64,000 nt of DNA, taken from Octopus vulgaris. Taxonomy: Eukaryota. Within the stretch, counting starts at the first letter, position 1; each line of letters starts with the position of its first letter. Below are positions 26,725-39,043 of this stretch, piece by piece. A program made the position numbers and the translations under genes. The stretch covers positions 36,580,001-36,644,000 of the forward strand of contig OX597823.1 of NCBI GenBank assembly GCA_951406725.2, given 5' to 3'. A model generated the notes under the pieces. It was given only the letters and a program-made list of their open reading frames with translations, was not told where the DNA came from and made no database searches.

Positions 26725-27553
26725 CCCCTTAATGGATTATCCTGAGTTTACTTGTGCATCGCAAATGTATCTTTTTAGAACCAGACAAGTATACTCGGCC
26801 AAAATTAATTTTTAATTTTAACACTCAAATGAGTTTGTTCTGTGTTGTTTCATTTTTGAGCAATCACAAATTTACTCACATTGTTTAAAAAAAAAAAGTA
26901 TTTTTTCATTTGATGGATTTGGCTATCTGGAATGCTTATGTTTTGTATAAAGTATCTCTGAAAACTTCAGCTTCTGCTATGAAACCACTGAAATCTAGAA
27001 TGCAAATAATCACCAAGATTATTGAAAAATATAGGCCCTTATTGCCTTCCACGAAACCAGGAAGACCATCATCGATCCCACATCCAACAAGATTTGCCCC
27101 AGCTGGTCAATTTCCTATGGAAATACCACCAAGTGATAGGAAAAAGAACCATACCAGACAGTGTGCAAAATGTGCAGAGAAGAGAGACACCAAAGGAAAG
27201 AAGATTCAAAGAGAAAGCAGATACATGTGTGATGTCTGCAAGATAAATTTGTGTGTAACTCCTTGTTTTAAAAATTATCATTCTAAATAAACTATCTCAT
27301 TTTCAAAAAAATTTCCTTTGATTTAAAAACAATGCATCTTATAAAAAAATCCAAGATAGTTAAGTTATATGTATTTTTTCAATGTCTGAGTTAATTCGTT
27401 TAAATCAAAATGAGTAAAAGTACATTTTAATTTCTATAATAAAAAATAAAGGAAACAAGATAAAAAACTTTTTTTGTAATTAACACAGTATATATAATTA
27501 AAAAAAAATATTCTCTCAAATGAAATGCCATGTCAAAATAATCCATTAAGGGG
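26725..27553 (+). mobile_element. Internally deleted piggyBac element
   Basis: TTAA TSDs at 26721 and 27554; perfect 16-bp TIR CCCCTTAATGGATTAT / ATAATCCATTAAGGGG. Confidence 0.95.
26910..27290 (+). CDS. piggyBac transposase C-terminus including the cysteine-rich DNA-binding domain (uninterrupted ORF, ATG at 26913)
   Basis: (KKVFFHL)MDLAIWNAYVLY...RQCAKC...RESRYMCDVCKINLCVTPCFKNYH. Confidence 0.85.
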   Translation: MMDLAIWNAYVLYKVSLKTSASAMKPLKSRMQIITKIIEKYRPLLPSTKPGRPSSIPHPTRFAPAGQFPMEIPPSDRKKNHTRQCAKCAEKRDTKGKKIQRESRYMCDVCKINLCVTPCFKNYHSK

Positions 27554-29289
27554 TTAAGGAAAACTGAGGCAGCTTAAATATTTCATCGCTTAAAACTAAT
27601 TCACTTTTACTAAATAAATAAATAAAACTAAATAAATGCTAATTCTGTTTCACTTGAAATGGTTTCTAATTTCTAATTTTTCTGAAGTTTGCATTTCTAG
27701 GTCGCTTATGAATCTACCTTAGCTGAGACATATTTTCTTAATATGAGTTTAGTTCTGCTATATAACTAATAATTGAACCAAATGAAACTTAGTTTACTAA
27801 GTGTTTAATGTTACACAAATTGGTTATACTTTGCTCTAAGGTGGAATAACCCCTCCTTCCCTGATTATACATATATAATGTATGTGTGTGTGTAAATATA
27901 ATAAACTGTGGCAAAATTCCAGCTAATTAAAAATGATCTGTATTATATTTCATTGATGAATTCCACTGAGTTATTAAAGACTTGAAACATATTTGTGATA
28001 AGATAGAAATTCTTTTTGAAAACTATTTTCTCTTAAGTAATAAATTAAAATTGATCACAATACACCATGTAACAATCTCTCTCGCTCTCCACACATCCAC
28101 ATCTATACCACACTAGTGTTCTTTCATTGCGTTCACTTTTTCACCTCAGTTCTCTTTTGCCACTCTCTCTTCCAATGGCCTCTTGGTCATATTGTTTGTA
28201 TCCAATCTCATTATCTATAACCATCATTTAGCTGTTCCTCCCTCCTCTCCTTCTATTTTTCTTTTCTAGTGTCTTGTCATCACTCTGGTTCTTCTTTTCC
28301 ATTACCATCCTCTCTGCTCTGGCTCTTTTCTCACCCTGATGTGTAGGAAAGAAGGGAATGAATGCATAGAGACAACATTAGAGAGAGGGACTGTTCTAGT
28401 TTAGCCAGAGAAGGAACTCTGGTACAGGTGAAAGAACACATGGTGACAATGTAGGGTAGAGAGGACTCCTTAGTCCTGTTGAAGACAACCTTTGAAGTGC
28501 TGGTGCTACAATAAAAGAAACTGATTACACTTTGTAAAGTGATTGAAATTAGGAATGGTATCCTGATGTAGAAAAGGAACATAAGAGCAAGTTGTGAACC
28601 CCTACCCGACTACAATAGTGTTATAATTATTACAATGTTGGATTATTAATAACGCCCACTTCGGTATACAGTATACTTAGTAAAACCAGTAAAGACATGA
28701 CTATCTCTTACTACGTACTTCGTACTCTGGTACTTCACGTATTTTTCTTTATCCATAGTGACTAGGTTATTCCATTCGTCATGTAGGAGGGGTGTACCAT
28801 TATTACTAATTCCCTACATCATCTCTCCTTTTAAGTTTTTCATAGGAAGTGTCATTTTATTTAGCAAAAACTTTTTTCCACCCCACCTCCCTCTTTTGAA
28901 TTTTTTTTCTTTCTTTTCATGCAGTTTAATATTTTCTGCCATTGGCATCAATTTTCAGTAACTCTGTATGTTTTCTTTTCTTCTCACTTGTTTCTTCTCA
29001 CTGCAGGTTCAATCACCTGCAGTGGTATTGGTACTTGGAACATATCATACAATCATTCCATCAGTTCCACCAACTTCTTTGGTTTGCTTTCTATGAATTT
29101 CTTTTTCAGTTGGTTCCTATATCTCTTTTGTATGCCTTTTCTAGTTCTTTATTGATCTGGTTTACTGCTGCAAATGGCACATTCCATTTGGGTCTGAAAA
29201 TAGGTGTTGAATTTTCTGTGATAGCTATCTCTTCTTTTGTTTTTGTGAAACAGCCTAAACCTTCCAAACTTACACTTTTTGTTTCAGTT

Positions 29290-30580
29290 CATTGACCTCA
29301 TTCGATGATTTGACTGCTCCATTTATGTTATTGTACAAAACGCTTATGGATGTATCCCATAACTCAAATTTCTCCATACATTTGGTGCCAAATAAATTCA
29401 TGGATTTTTCTGACACATAAACACTCACTTTTTTGGTTCAACCTTTGAACATTATATTACAAACGTATTCACCTGTGAAATATAATTTTCTTCCTGTAAC
29501 ACCATACGCTATTTTGTTTGAACTACATAATTTTGGTTTACCCATTTGTTTCCATGTTTTCTCATTTATGATTGTGATGTCACTTCCCGTGTCTAATTGC
29601 ATTCTGATGCTAGTGGTTTCAATTCTCACATTCATGAATTTTCTGTTTGTTGTAATCACAACTTTTCCTGCTGACAGACTATTTAATTTTTCTTGTTCGT
29701 TCCATTTTCCTATCTGTAAACCTGCAGCAATAACACTTTTCTTATTTATACAGACAATCTTTTTTCAGGTGCATACCAGCACATGTCATACATGGATCTA
29801 TATCCCAGTATTTTTTCTGTTTTTCCTGCAACACTTTATTTGCCTTGCAACTTTCTTGTGCTAGTCTCATGTGAAGACACTCTTTTCATTAAATTTCTTC
29901 CATTTCATGCCATAATTTTAATATCATGTCACACTCTTCCGATAGTTACTGCAATGTCAAATACGGGTTCATTTCCAGTTTTGCTAGAATCTTCATTCAG
30001 ATTTCTGCATCTCTTTTATCTGTCAACACTTGTGCAAAAATCAAACACTTGTAAGAATCTGGAGTAAGCATATCCAGCCTAAATCTCTCACATTCTTTGT
30101 TGACTCTGCCTGTGTAAGTAGTGAAGTCTTCATCTTCGTTCTTTTCTATGTTTAAACATTTCCATCTAGTATTAAACAGTGAACTCTTTTCACTAAACAT
30201 TTTGCACAAAATGTCAACTGTGTCGGTGAAATTTATGTTGAATGCTTTTTTTGGTAATATGAAGTTGCTATATTTCTCATGCTCTGCTGTCACTAATTTT
30301 CTTAAAACTAGATGTGTTTTCATTTCATCTGTTCAATCCTGACATTCTTTTTCACAAATTTGTTGAAATCTTTGAAAGTAAGCCTCAAAGGTTACTCCTT
30401 CTTTGAGGTCATATTTGAATTCGCTTATGGAATTTGCGACATGGTTAGGTGAAAATGTATTCTCTAGTTTGATTATCAACTTCATTAGTTGTAATGTTTG
30501 TTGCTGCAATCCTTGTTGTTTCTTGAGTTGTTGCTGCTTTTGCAACTCAGCTACCCCAGCTAACAAGTCTTCCATATTTT
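29290..30580 (-). pseudogene. Gypsy gag plus aspartic protease, copy B (degenerate)
   Basis: ISEFKYD..TFEAYFQRF, SLFNTRWKCL, zinc-knuckle remnant, MQLDTGSDITII. Confidence 0.9.
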
Positions 30581-30715
30581 ACAATTTTCGTAAGTTTGCA
30601 CAAAATTTTTGTTTCTCTTTTGTCAAGTTATTTAATTTTTCACGTGAATTAGTTTAAACTCTCTGTGTGGATGTTTTTTTTTCCACTCTGTAAATTTGTT
30701 TTTTCTTGTTGGCAC

Positions 30716-31008
30716 TGTTGTAGAGTGGGTTCCTCCTGCTGGTGTGATGTATGACTGCCATTGTACTGTAGCTACTGTTTTATGTTAGTAGCCACAATAG
30801 TTACTAGTCATCAAATACAGTTGTATCTCTTTGTACCGGAATAGTAATACACTAACTTCTGTCTTACTATTGCTGATAGCTCTGCAAGACACTAACTAGA
30901 ACTGTTGACTCACAACTCTTTCTCAATGACTGGCTACTGATCTATTTATAATGGCTGCTTCCTACCACTTTTTACTGGGAGGGGTATACAGTTTCACTAT
31001 ACCACACA
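30716..31008 (-). repeat. Internal solo LTR of a different family
   Basis: TGTTGTAG...CACA ends; PBS-like gtgccaacaagaa beside it on the minus strand; shares ggaggggt.taca with the outer LTRs. Confidence 0.65.
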
Positions 31009-31039
31009 CATATATCTTAGCCTTTTTCATTTGACCTCA

Positions 31040-32250
31040 ACATGTTACATTACATATGAATTCATCGAAAAAATATCTTTTTCCTGTAACACCATGTGCT
31101 ACCTTCTTTTGATTTAATTAATTTTGGCATACCAATATATTTCCACGTTTTTTCATTTATAATGGTAATATCACTACCAGTGTCCAATTGCATTTTAACA
31201 AATATATTTCTGATTTTCACCTTCATGAATTTCTTCATCATTATATTATCAGTTTCTTCTGATGAAATACTATTTATTCTTTTTACTTTGTTCTGATGTT
31301 TTGTCATCTTTGTTCTACTATGCATCTTTATATGTCCTATATTACCACAATGAAAGCACTCTGCTTTTTTAAATGGACAGTTTTTCCTCAGGTGTATACC
31401 TCCACATGCAAAACGTGTTTATTTCCTGATTTTGGTTTCGTTTTTTTAGAAAACACTTTATCTCAATTCTGACTATTTCACACTTGCTTTACCTGGAAAT
31501 ATCATTACGTTCAATTTCCTCTGTGTCATGTCTAAATTTGACTATCCTTTCACGTTCTTCTGACACTTGCTGCAGGGTTACATCCTGGTTTTGTTTAAGC
31601 TTTGTGAAAATTCTAGATCTAACTTCTGCGTCCCTTTCAGCAGTAAGTCCCTGTATAAAAATCAGGCATTTTAACCTATCTGGCGTTAATTTGTCCAGCT
31701 TAAACTTCTCACACTTCCTATTTACTCTATCAGCATATGTGATGTAGTCCTTGTCTTTGTTTTTCTCTTTGTTCAGACTCTTCCAACATGTGTTGAACAA
31801 CAAACTTTTTTCACAATATATCTATTGTGTCATTAAAGTTTATGTCTGAAGGTTTTCTTAGGAGTACATAATTACTGCATCATTCATGTTCTGTTGTTGC
31901 TAGTTTTCTGAAGATTAAATGCGTTTTCATCTTGTCCCACTCTTTACATACTTTCTTGAAGATTTCTTCATATCTTCTGTAGTATGCTTTGAAAGCAACT
32001 CTTCATCAGGTTAGTGTTTGAACTCTGTTATGGAGTTCACGACATAGTCTGTTGAGAACACTTTTTCTGATTTTCCTGATGACTTCAGTAATTGCAACAT
32101 TTGTTGCTGTAATATTATTTGTTATTGTTGTTGCTTCTGTTGTTGCACTTGCAGTTGTATCTGCATAATGTTTATGATTTTTTTTGGTAAAATTTGCATG
32201 ACAAAACTTTGTGAGTTTATTAACTCCTCTTTGAGTTTCTATTAACTCCA
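31040..32250 (-). pseudogene. Gypsy gag plus aspartic protease, copy A (degenerate)
   Basis: LFNTCWKSL..KCLIFIQGL..DAEVRSR, knuckle CGGIHLRKNCPFKKAECFHCGNIGH, MQLDTGSDITII. Confidence 0.9.
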
Positions 32251-33762
32251 CATGAATTGGTTTATCCTCGTTGCCACTGTTATAATCCCTTTAATGTTGG
32301 ATTATTAATAATGCACACTTCGGTATACAGTATACTTAGTAAAACCAATAAAGACACAACTATGTCTTACCGCCTACTATGTACCATGGTACTTCATGTA
32401 CTTCTCTTTACTTATAGTGACTAAATTATTCCATTCATCACTTAGGAGGGGTGTACCATTATTACTAATTCCCTACAACAGATAGCTCATCCAACTAATG
32501 GGAAAAGTGAATATAAAATGTTAATGGTGGCACTGCCTTCTCCTCCTCTAACATCCCTGTTCTTTGCTATTAACTAACAATATCAACACCAGTAAATTCA
32601 CCTATTTCCCATGGTTTTCTTATATAAATAAATTAATTGATGTTTCTGATTGGAAAACCATTTCCTAGCTTGCCACAATTCCCTTGGCTCACCTCTGTTG
32701 GACATTCTAGGAACTAATATTCTATATTTTTAGCTCTCCTTGTCATTTGATACATGTACAGTCAAAACATTTATATAGATTTAAAATATTCAATAAAAAA
32801 CATTGCCCTCAGTGTTTCAGACAAAAACAAAGGAAAAAACTAATATCCTACCTGCTCAGTCTGCATCCTTCTTCATAAGCAAAACTGTTATTGTAAGCTA
32901 AAAGAGAAGGTCCAAGCCATTATATTGGTCATGCTTTATATGCTGCTGGATTGCCATTCTTCAGTATTCATGACAGTGATATCTCCCTGCTTGAGCCTTA
33001 CTCTGTTTTCATTTATCATTTACCCTAGGTATTTCTGTTTGCATAAACTCTGCTCAAATTTCTCTCTCTTAACACTCTCACCTGTACACTGCCTGCCCCT
33101 TTCACTATCAACTCCCTTTACATGCAAAAAAACTTCTTGCTGACACATTTTGCCTGAGAAAGAAAGGAAGGAAAATGCTAACAGAGTTAAAACACCTCTG
33201 TGATGCTCTGCAAATATCTTTGTTTTTTTTTTTTGACTAAATGAAACAAAAAAAAAAAAAAAAAAGATATTTTCCCCTTTCATCTTCTGAAATTTGACAT
33301 ATTGGACTGTTTCATTAGCAAAAATTTGATTCATTTCTGTGTTTCTATTTCAAGGATATTTTAAACATTCTATGATGGAATGTACTTTCGACATTTATTC
33401 AATTGTTTATCTTGTTGATTATCCAACACATGGACGGATTTTTTCGTCCTATTTATGAGAGTCAGGAGTTGAGAAGTGGAACAGCTCTTATTGCTTGTTG
33501 CACATACTATTCACTCACTTGCATGCACACATATGCTCACATGCAAACCATTCACTGACAGGAATATAACCTGTCTGTCTGCCTGTCTGTCTGTCTCTGT
33601 CTGTATATCTCTATCTTCTGTCTGTCTGTCTGTCTCTCTTTCTCACACATGCAAACATGCACACATAAACACACATGTGCATGCATAGAAAGAGGCATAC
33701 ACAAACACTCTCTTGCTGTCTTTTTTCTTCTCTTTCTTCTTCTTTGTGTTCTTGTATATCTA

Positions 33763-33819
33763 CAGGGATTGGACAAGGGTGTTGGACAGAGGCGTTTCCA
33801 TTATTTTGTCCAACCCCTG
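33763..33819. mobile_element. Ultra-short 57-bp Tc1-type element
   Basis: TA|CAGGGATTGGACAA ... TTGTCCAACCCCTG|TA (TIR 13/14). Confidence 0.75.
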
Positions 33820-34196
33820 TATTTTTTCTTTTCCTTTCTCTTTATAAAAATTTGTTTATCCCTTCAGATCCAATTTTCCTATGCGGTATCACTATCACCA
33901 CATCCCTGCCTCATTCTGCCTATCACAACCAACATTTTCAGCTTTCAGCTCTGAGCTCTCTACTTGTTTCCAGATTTCCCACAGAAACCTTCCACTCTCA
34001 ACTCACAAATTTCACCTCTAGCAAGTCATATTTCTACACCGTTCATGCTTGGCTCGCTTGCATTTAGCCGTTCATTGCACACCTAAAAGACCATGTTTAA
34101 CCTATTCTTCTAGCTTCTCTGCATTCAGCATCTGCATCTCATTACTCTGCATTTCCATCTTTCTTGCACCTGCTGCACACAGTGTTCATAAGAGAG

Positions 34197-34325
34197 CAAT
34201 AGAATAAGTACTAGGCTAACAAGCAATAAGTCCTGAGGTTGATTTGTTCGACTAAAGGTGGTGCTCCAGCATGGCCGCAGTCAAATGACTGAAACAAGTA
34301 AAAGAATAAAAAAGAATAAAAGAAT
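34197..34325 (+). mobile_element. 3' half of a tRNA-derived SINE with an (AAAGAAT)n tail
   Basis: aataagtactagg..gatttgttcgactaaaggtggtgctccagcatggccgcagtcaaatgactgaaacaagtaaaagaata. Confidence 0.75.
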
Positions 34326-34624
34326 GATCTACATACTTTTGTTTATGAAGCAAAAGAGATGCAAGGTCACTAAAGAAATTACAGTAAAGGTCTATAAAAC
34401 TATATCTCCCTGATCAAAATGTGTGTTGTATGCAATACACATAAATTTACTATAAATCATATCTGCATGAGGGACCAGCAGAAGATCATGACTCTAGACT
34501 TGCTTGCAGTGACCTTATCTCTTATGCCATGAATATCTGTTATGAAGATGGTGACTACTGCTGCTGCTGTCACCACAGCAGCAGCAACAGCATGAGGCTT
34601 GCAATTCTGAGGTGCAATTGATTA

Positions 34625-35087
34625 TATCTTGCCCCTCAGATGTAATCGACTGGCTGGTACTTTATCAACCCCAAAAGGATGAAAGATAAAGTTGGCCTTG
34701 GTGAGATTTGAAGTCAGAATGTAAAGAGCCAGGAGAAACGCCAGAAGCATTTTGCCCAATGCACAAAATACATTACTTGGAACAGCAAGGATCATAAAAA
34801 GAATTGTTGTGACCTGAGACTTGTTGGGTGTAGCTTGTTCCAAAGAAAAAATTTTCTGGTTCAACCATCTCACATCAAGATAATTCAAAAATAATAATAA
34901 TTTCAAATTTTGGCACAAGGCCAGCTATTTCGGGGAAGTGGTAAGTCGATTCCATTGACTTCAGTACTCAACTGAAAGTATGAAAGGCAAAGTCGACTCT
35001 GGCAGAATTTGAACTCAGAACATGAAAACGACAAAATACTGCTAAGCATTTTACTCAACATACTAACAATTCGGCCTGCTCATTGCC

Positions 35088-35090
<3 letters not shown>
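34625..35090 (-). mobile_element. Two SINE copies (34625-34770 and 34895-35090)
   Basis: Reverse-complement similarity to 6476-6688. Confidence 0.75.
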
Positions 35091-35121
<31 letters not shown>

Positions 35122-37534
35122 CAATAATAATGACGACGACGACGGCGACAGCTTTAGTTTTTGACACAAGGCCAGCAACTTTATAAGTTCTCAAGTTGAA
35201 ACTCTTTTTATTAGTATTGTTAAGAACACCAAGCACCTCAACTATATTATATCTAGCTTCGTAATTGTTTACAATAAAATGTCTTTTCTTGTATGTGGAA
35301 GTATATATAATTACATACACATGTATGCACATACATTGTGCATAATGAAGATAATTTTTATGCAAAGTTAGAAAGCATCCAACCTAATAATCCATTAACT
35401 GACTTATATTTGTTATTTCTTGTAAAAACCATCTCTGTTTATTTTTACAAAATTTTTGGTGTCTTTTAGAAAAAAATCTGACACTTTCTTTGTATTTTTT
35501 TTTTAGATATTTCTTTGTTCTTTCATTATTTGAACCTAAAATTGATTCTGTCTACTCTCTGCTGCAATTGCTATCTTGCCACTTTCCATACAAGTACTGC
35601 AACACCACTAACACCATCACTGCCACCCCCACTGCCATTGCCACTTCTATCAACTGTAACTTTCACTCTGTTTCCAACTCCAAATAGCTTGTAAAATTGT
35701 TTTGCTGTTGTGTTTTTTAAGAAAGTTTTTGTAATGTATCCTTTCACAGTCTATCTTTTCACTGGACTTGAGAATTTCATTTCCCATCAGAAGCATCATT
35801 TACCAAGGCTAAAATGTAGAACATGAATTCAATTGTTGATCTTATCTGTATGGGTTTTAATACAGTTTTAAAACTGTTTTAATAAATTAATTATAACTAA
35901 ATACTACTTCTGCTTCTTTCTCCACATTTACTACATATTCCTGCTGAACTTTCTCTTTTCATTCTTTATGTCTCTAGAATTGCTAAGTCTGATGATAACC
36001 TTAGTCTATGAAACCCAACAGAGTTGGATGGATTGACAATACCTCAATATTATCATGAAGCAGTGTACTCTGAGTTGACTCCTGTCCTTGCCAAATGTCT
36101 GAACCTTCACTAAGAATAGAAATGCACAACAGTTTTGTCTTTTCCCATGAACTGCAAACTTTGTATTTGGTTTAGTAATCATATTCCAACATTTCTTGTT
36201 AGTTCAGTTTTCTTTTTGTGTAGCACATTACAATAACAGCAACACCCTACATCACACATGATAGGTATATTTTGGAGAAAAGGAAGTTGTCATACTTGAC
36301 ATTCACAAAACCATCATCTCCTTCTGGCAAAGCTGCCTGTCTACATATTCTATTTATCATTGGCCCTTACATTGAGATCTTCTTGTGAAATTCTCCAACA
36401 TGTTGATACCATTCTCTCCTCCTCCTCCTCCTCCATTAATGACCAACATACTGACCATGTCTACCCTTCTGCTGATCACATGACTCACTACTCCTCCATC
36501 CTTCCCCCTTCACCACAGCAATGTTACTGGTTCCAGACACATGTGGCACAACCACATCACACCAGACACATACATCATTTATGAAGAGAAACTATAAAAC
36601 ATGCTACAAAAATGATTTAACAAAAGAAATTAAAACATAAAATAAATAGTTCAAGAAAACAAAGCTACAAGCCTAGCAGCTATAGTGTTGATGGTGATGG
36701 TCATGCCTGTTCTGAAATATATCTTTTATTTGTGGAACATGTCTTCTTTTACACAGTCCAGTGTTGGAAGTCCACAAAACTGTATCTTGTTATTCACCTC
36801 TACCTAGGTTTCAAATACTTCTTAGATATATCCAACTTTGAGGGTCTATATATTCTTGTTCTTCAACACTAATGTATATAACTTAAGAAGTTGAATATGA
36901 AAACACTTGTATTTAGCCATATTTTATTATTTAAATAACTTATATATAAATATTGGTTGGTTACTGACTTCTAGAATGAAATAACATATTCTCTTGTCAT
37001 GTTTGACTCGTGTAAAAACTTAGCTCAGCATTGTTCAGTTTTGTTAGTCTGTGACTGACTGATACCAACAGAAATTAACTATAAACTATAGCAAATTCTA
37101 AGAGATAAAAGGTTTCTGAAGTAGTCTTAATTATTATAATAAAGAAAGATTGCACCTCTTAGAATATGTGTGTGTGTTGCTTACATTGTTTTAATTGTCT
37201 AAAGTGCTAATTGTATGCTAGTTAAGAGAAATAGCATTTTAAAGTAATAACCATTAATTAAGTTCTTTTTATTCACCAGTTATTATTGTTGTTGTTGTTA
37301 TTCACTCTTGACTGTTAGTGAATAATACTCTTAATGTCAACATTTATTTTTTTTTCTCAATCACTTCATAACTATCTAGCTAATTTAATTCTCGACCAAA
37401 TCAAATGTGATTAAGTTCATTGAAAGGACCAGTGCTATATTTTGAGAATTGCAAGAGTGGAAGCAAAACTTGGAATCAAAGGATCTTAAGTTAGTGAGGA
37501 TGAAGCTTCTAGTACACAAGAAATCAGTCAGGAC

Positions 37535-37720
37535 CCTATCCCCATCTTAGGTAATTGGCCCTGCTCAGTATGTAGGAAAGGTGTTGGCAGGTATTCCATA
37601 TGGTGTATTCAGAGCAAGCTATGGACACTCAAGAGGTGTGGTGGAATTGCAGGAAGGTTAATGGAGAAAGTAGTTTTTGTATGTGAAGATGATCAAGGGT
37701 CATAAAATCCAAGGTTACTG
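37535..37720 (+). pseudogene. RTE LINE fragment covering the Cys-rich insertion in RT
   Basis: Reads GNWPCSVCRKGVGRYSIWCIQSKLWTLKRCGGIAGRL..FVC. Confidence 0.7.
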
Positions 37721-38183
37721 CAAATAAGGTAACTACGCCTTAACGTGGGCATAGCTTTCAGCAATCATTCACTGATTTGGCTATGAACATGATGAGGTGA
37801 TGAAGAGGGAGTGGCAGTCACACTTTAAAGTCTGTTAACCTGTTATGTCTATTAATAATTAGAGGAATATTAGATTCAATGCTGTAAATTTATTATTTAA
37901 TCAAACAAAAAAAAAATATAAAGAAAAATATCACAGCTAGGCTTACTCTAAATTCCCACATTCATTCAGAGCATTCACAACAATTTCATTGTATTTATTC
38001 TTTGAATGCAAAATGCTCTATTAAAAATACCTGTACATCAACACAACACTTATTAGTTTAAACTTTTGTGTTTAGCCCAAGGTAGACCACTTGAATTTTA
38101 ATATGTTCTATTCTGTTAATGAGGTGATAAATCATAGAGACATTTCATGTATCTACTAACTGTGTATATGATCATGCACTTAC

Positions 38184-38450
38184 TGATGTTTTAAATACTT
38201 TGTTTGGAAAAACAGATGGCGAGGGGTGATCTGTCAATGGTCCATCAGAATTGACAAAATGCTGGGAGCAAATATGGCTATTTGCAGTGTAAACAAATTC
38301 TTTCCTCACAAGTCTCAATCTCTGAAGCCAAATACAACAAATAGTGACGTTTTCAGGGTATCTATGAAGTGAAATAACTTTGCCGTCTACATTCTTCCCT
38401 CTAATAATTGCTGCATATACAACAGTATTTGTGTGATTTCTTCGGAGACA
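38184..38450 (-). pseudogene. THAP-domain exon of a DNA transposon (Kolobok/P/Harbinger-type); host element about 37727-38554
   Basis: SLHRYP..W...R..F....ICSQHF....PSVFP signature; N-terminal CxxC lost; followed by donor GTAAGT at 38183-38178; weak inverted ends AGGT..T.CG. Confidence 0.75.
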
Positions 38451-38689
38451 TATTAACCGGTCATACAGCCTGTGAGTTGTTAGTCTGCTGAAGTAAATGC
38501 AAGTCACTGAGCATGCGTACATGTCATATGGGAGAGTTCCAATCGGAACCACCTATAGCAAGATGCCTGTGCTTGTCCTATCATACTTCAGCCTTTCAAC
38601 ACTGGCATAAAGCTACCCACATCCACATGTCCCTCCCAAATACTTCTTAGTAGTGGGAGCTTTTTCTTTTTCCTTTTTCATGCTCTTTT

Positions 38690-38908
38690 CTGTTTTGTAA
38701 GTCACATGGCAACTTCACTAGTGCCAAAGACATGAAAAAGTACCCTGTACATTCTGTAATTTGAGTGGTGTAAGGAAGGACTTCCAGTTGTAGAAACCAT
38801 GCCAAAGATGACATTGGAGCCTGACATAGCCCTGCATCTTGTCAGTTCCCTGTCAAACCATCTAGTCTATGCTAGCATGGAAAGCAGATATTAAATGATG
38901 ATGATGAT
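38690..38908 (+). mobile_element. RTE LINE 3' end
   Basis: ccagttgtagaaaccatgcc...gctagcatggaaagcagatattaaatgatgatgatg. Confidence 0.75.
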
Positions 38909-39016
38909 TGTTTCTTTACTGCTGTTTCATTAGTCTTTCTCTTGTTTTTTTGTGAAGTCACACTTTTCAGACCAAAAAAAAATATTTAAACACTATTTTT
39001 ATCTTTTTATTTTCAG

Positions 39017-39043
39017 AAGTTGTATCCCCCAAGAAAAGTTTTG
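39017..39043 (+). CDS. Candidate 27-nt microexon (KLYPPRKVL in phase 0; xVVSPKKSF in phase 1)
   Basis: Strong acceptor tttttatctttttattttcag| and donor TTG|gtatgt; frame-preserving length; no stop in any frame. Confidence 0.55.

Larger units (their letters stand above)
28619..32477 (-). mobile_element. Ty3/Gypsy-type LTR retrotransposon, non-autonomous and chimeric
   Basis: 200-bp TG..CA LTRs at 28619-28818 and 32278-32477; PBS TGGCAACGAGGA (tRNA-Ser-like) at ~32265-32276; PPT aaaaggagaga next to the 3' LTR; flanks atag/acag. Confidence 0.92.

Noticed and set aside
35989-36030. Hammerhead-like CTGATGA...GAAAC with a ccaac/gttgg stem
   Set aside because: Stem II does not pair and there is no valid NUH site. 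The region reads better as a decayed LINE RT fragment (..KQCT/ELTPVLAKCLN).
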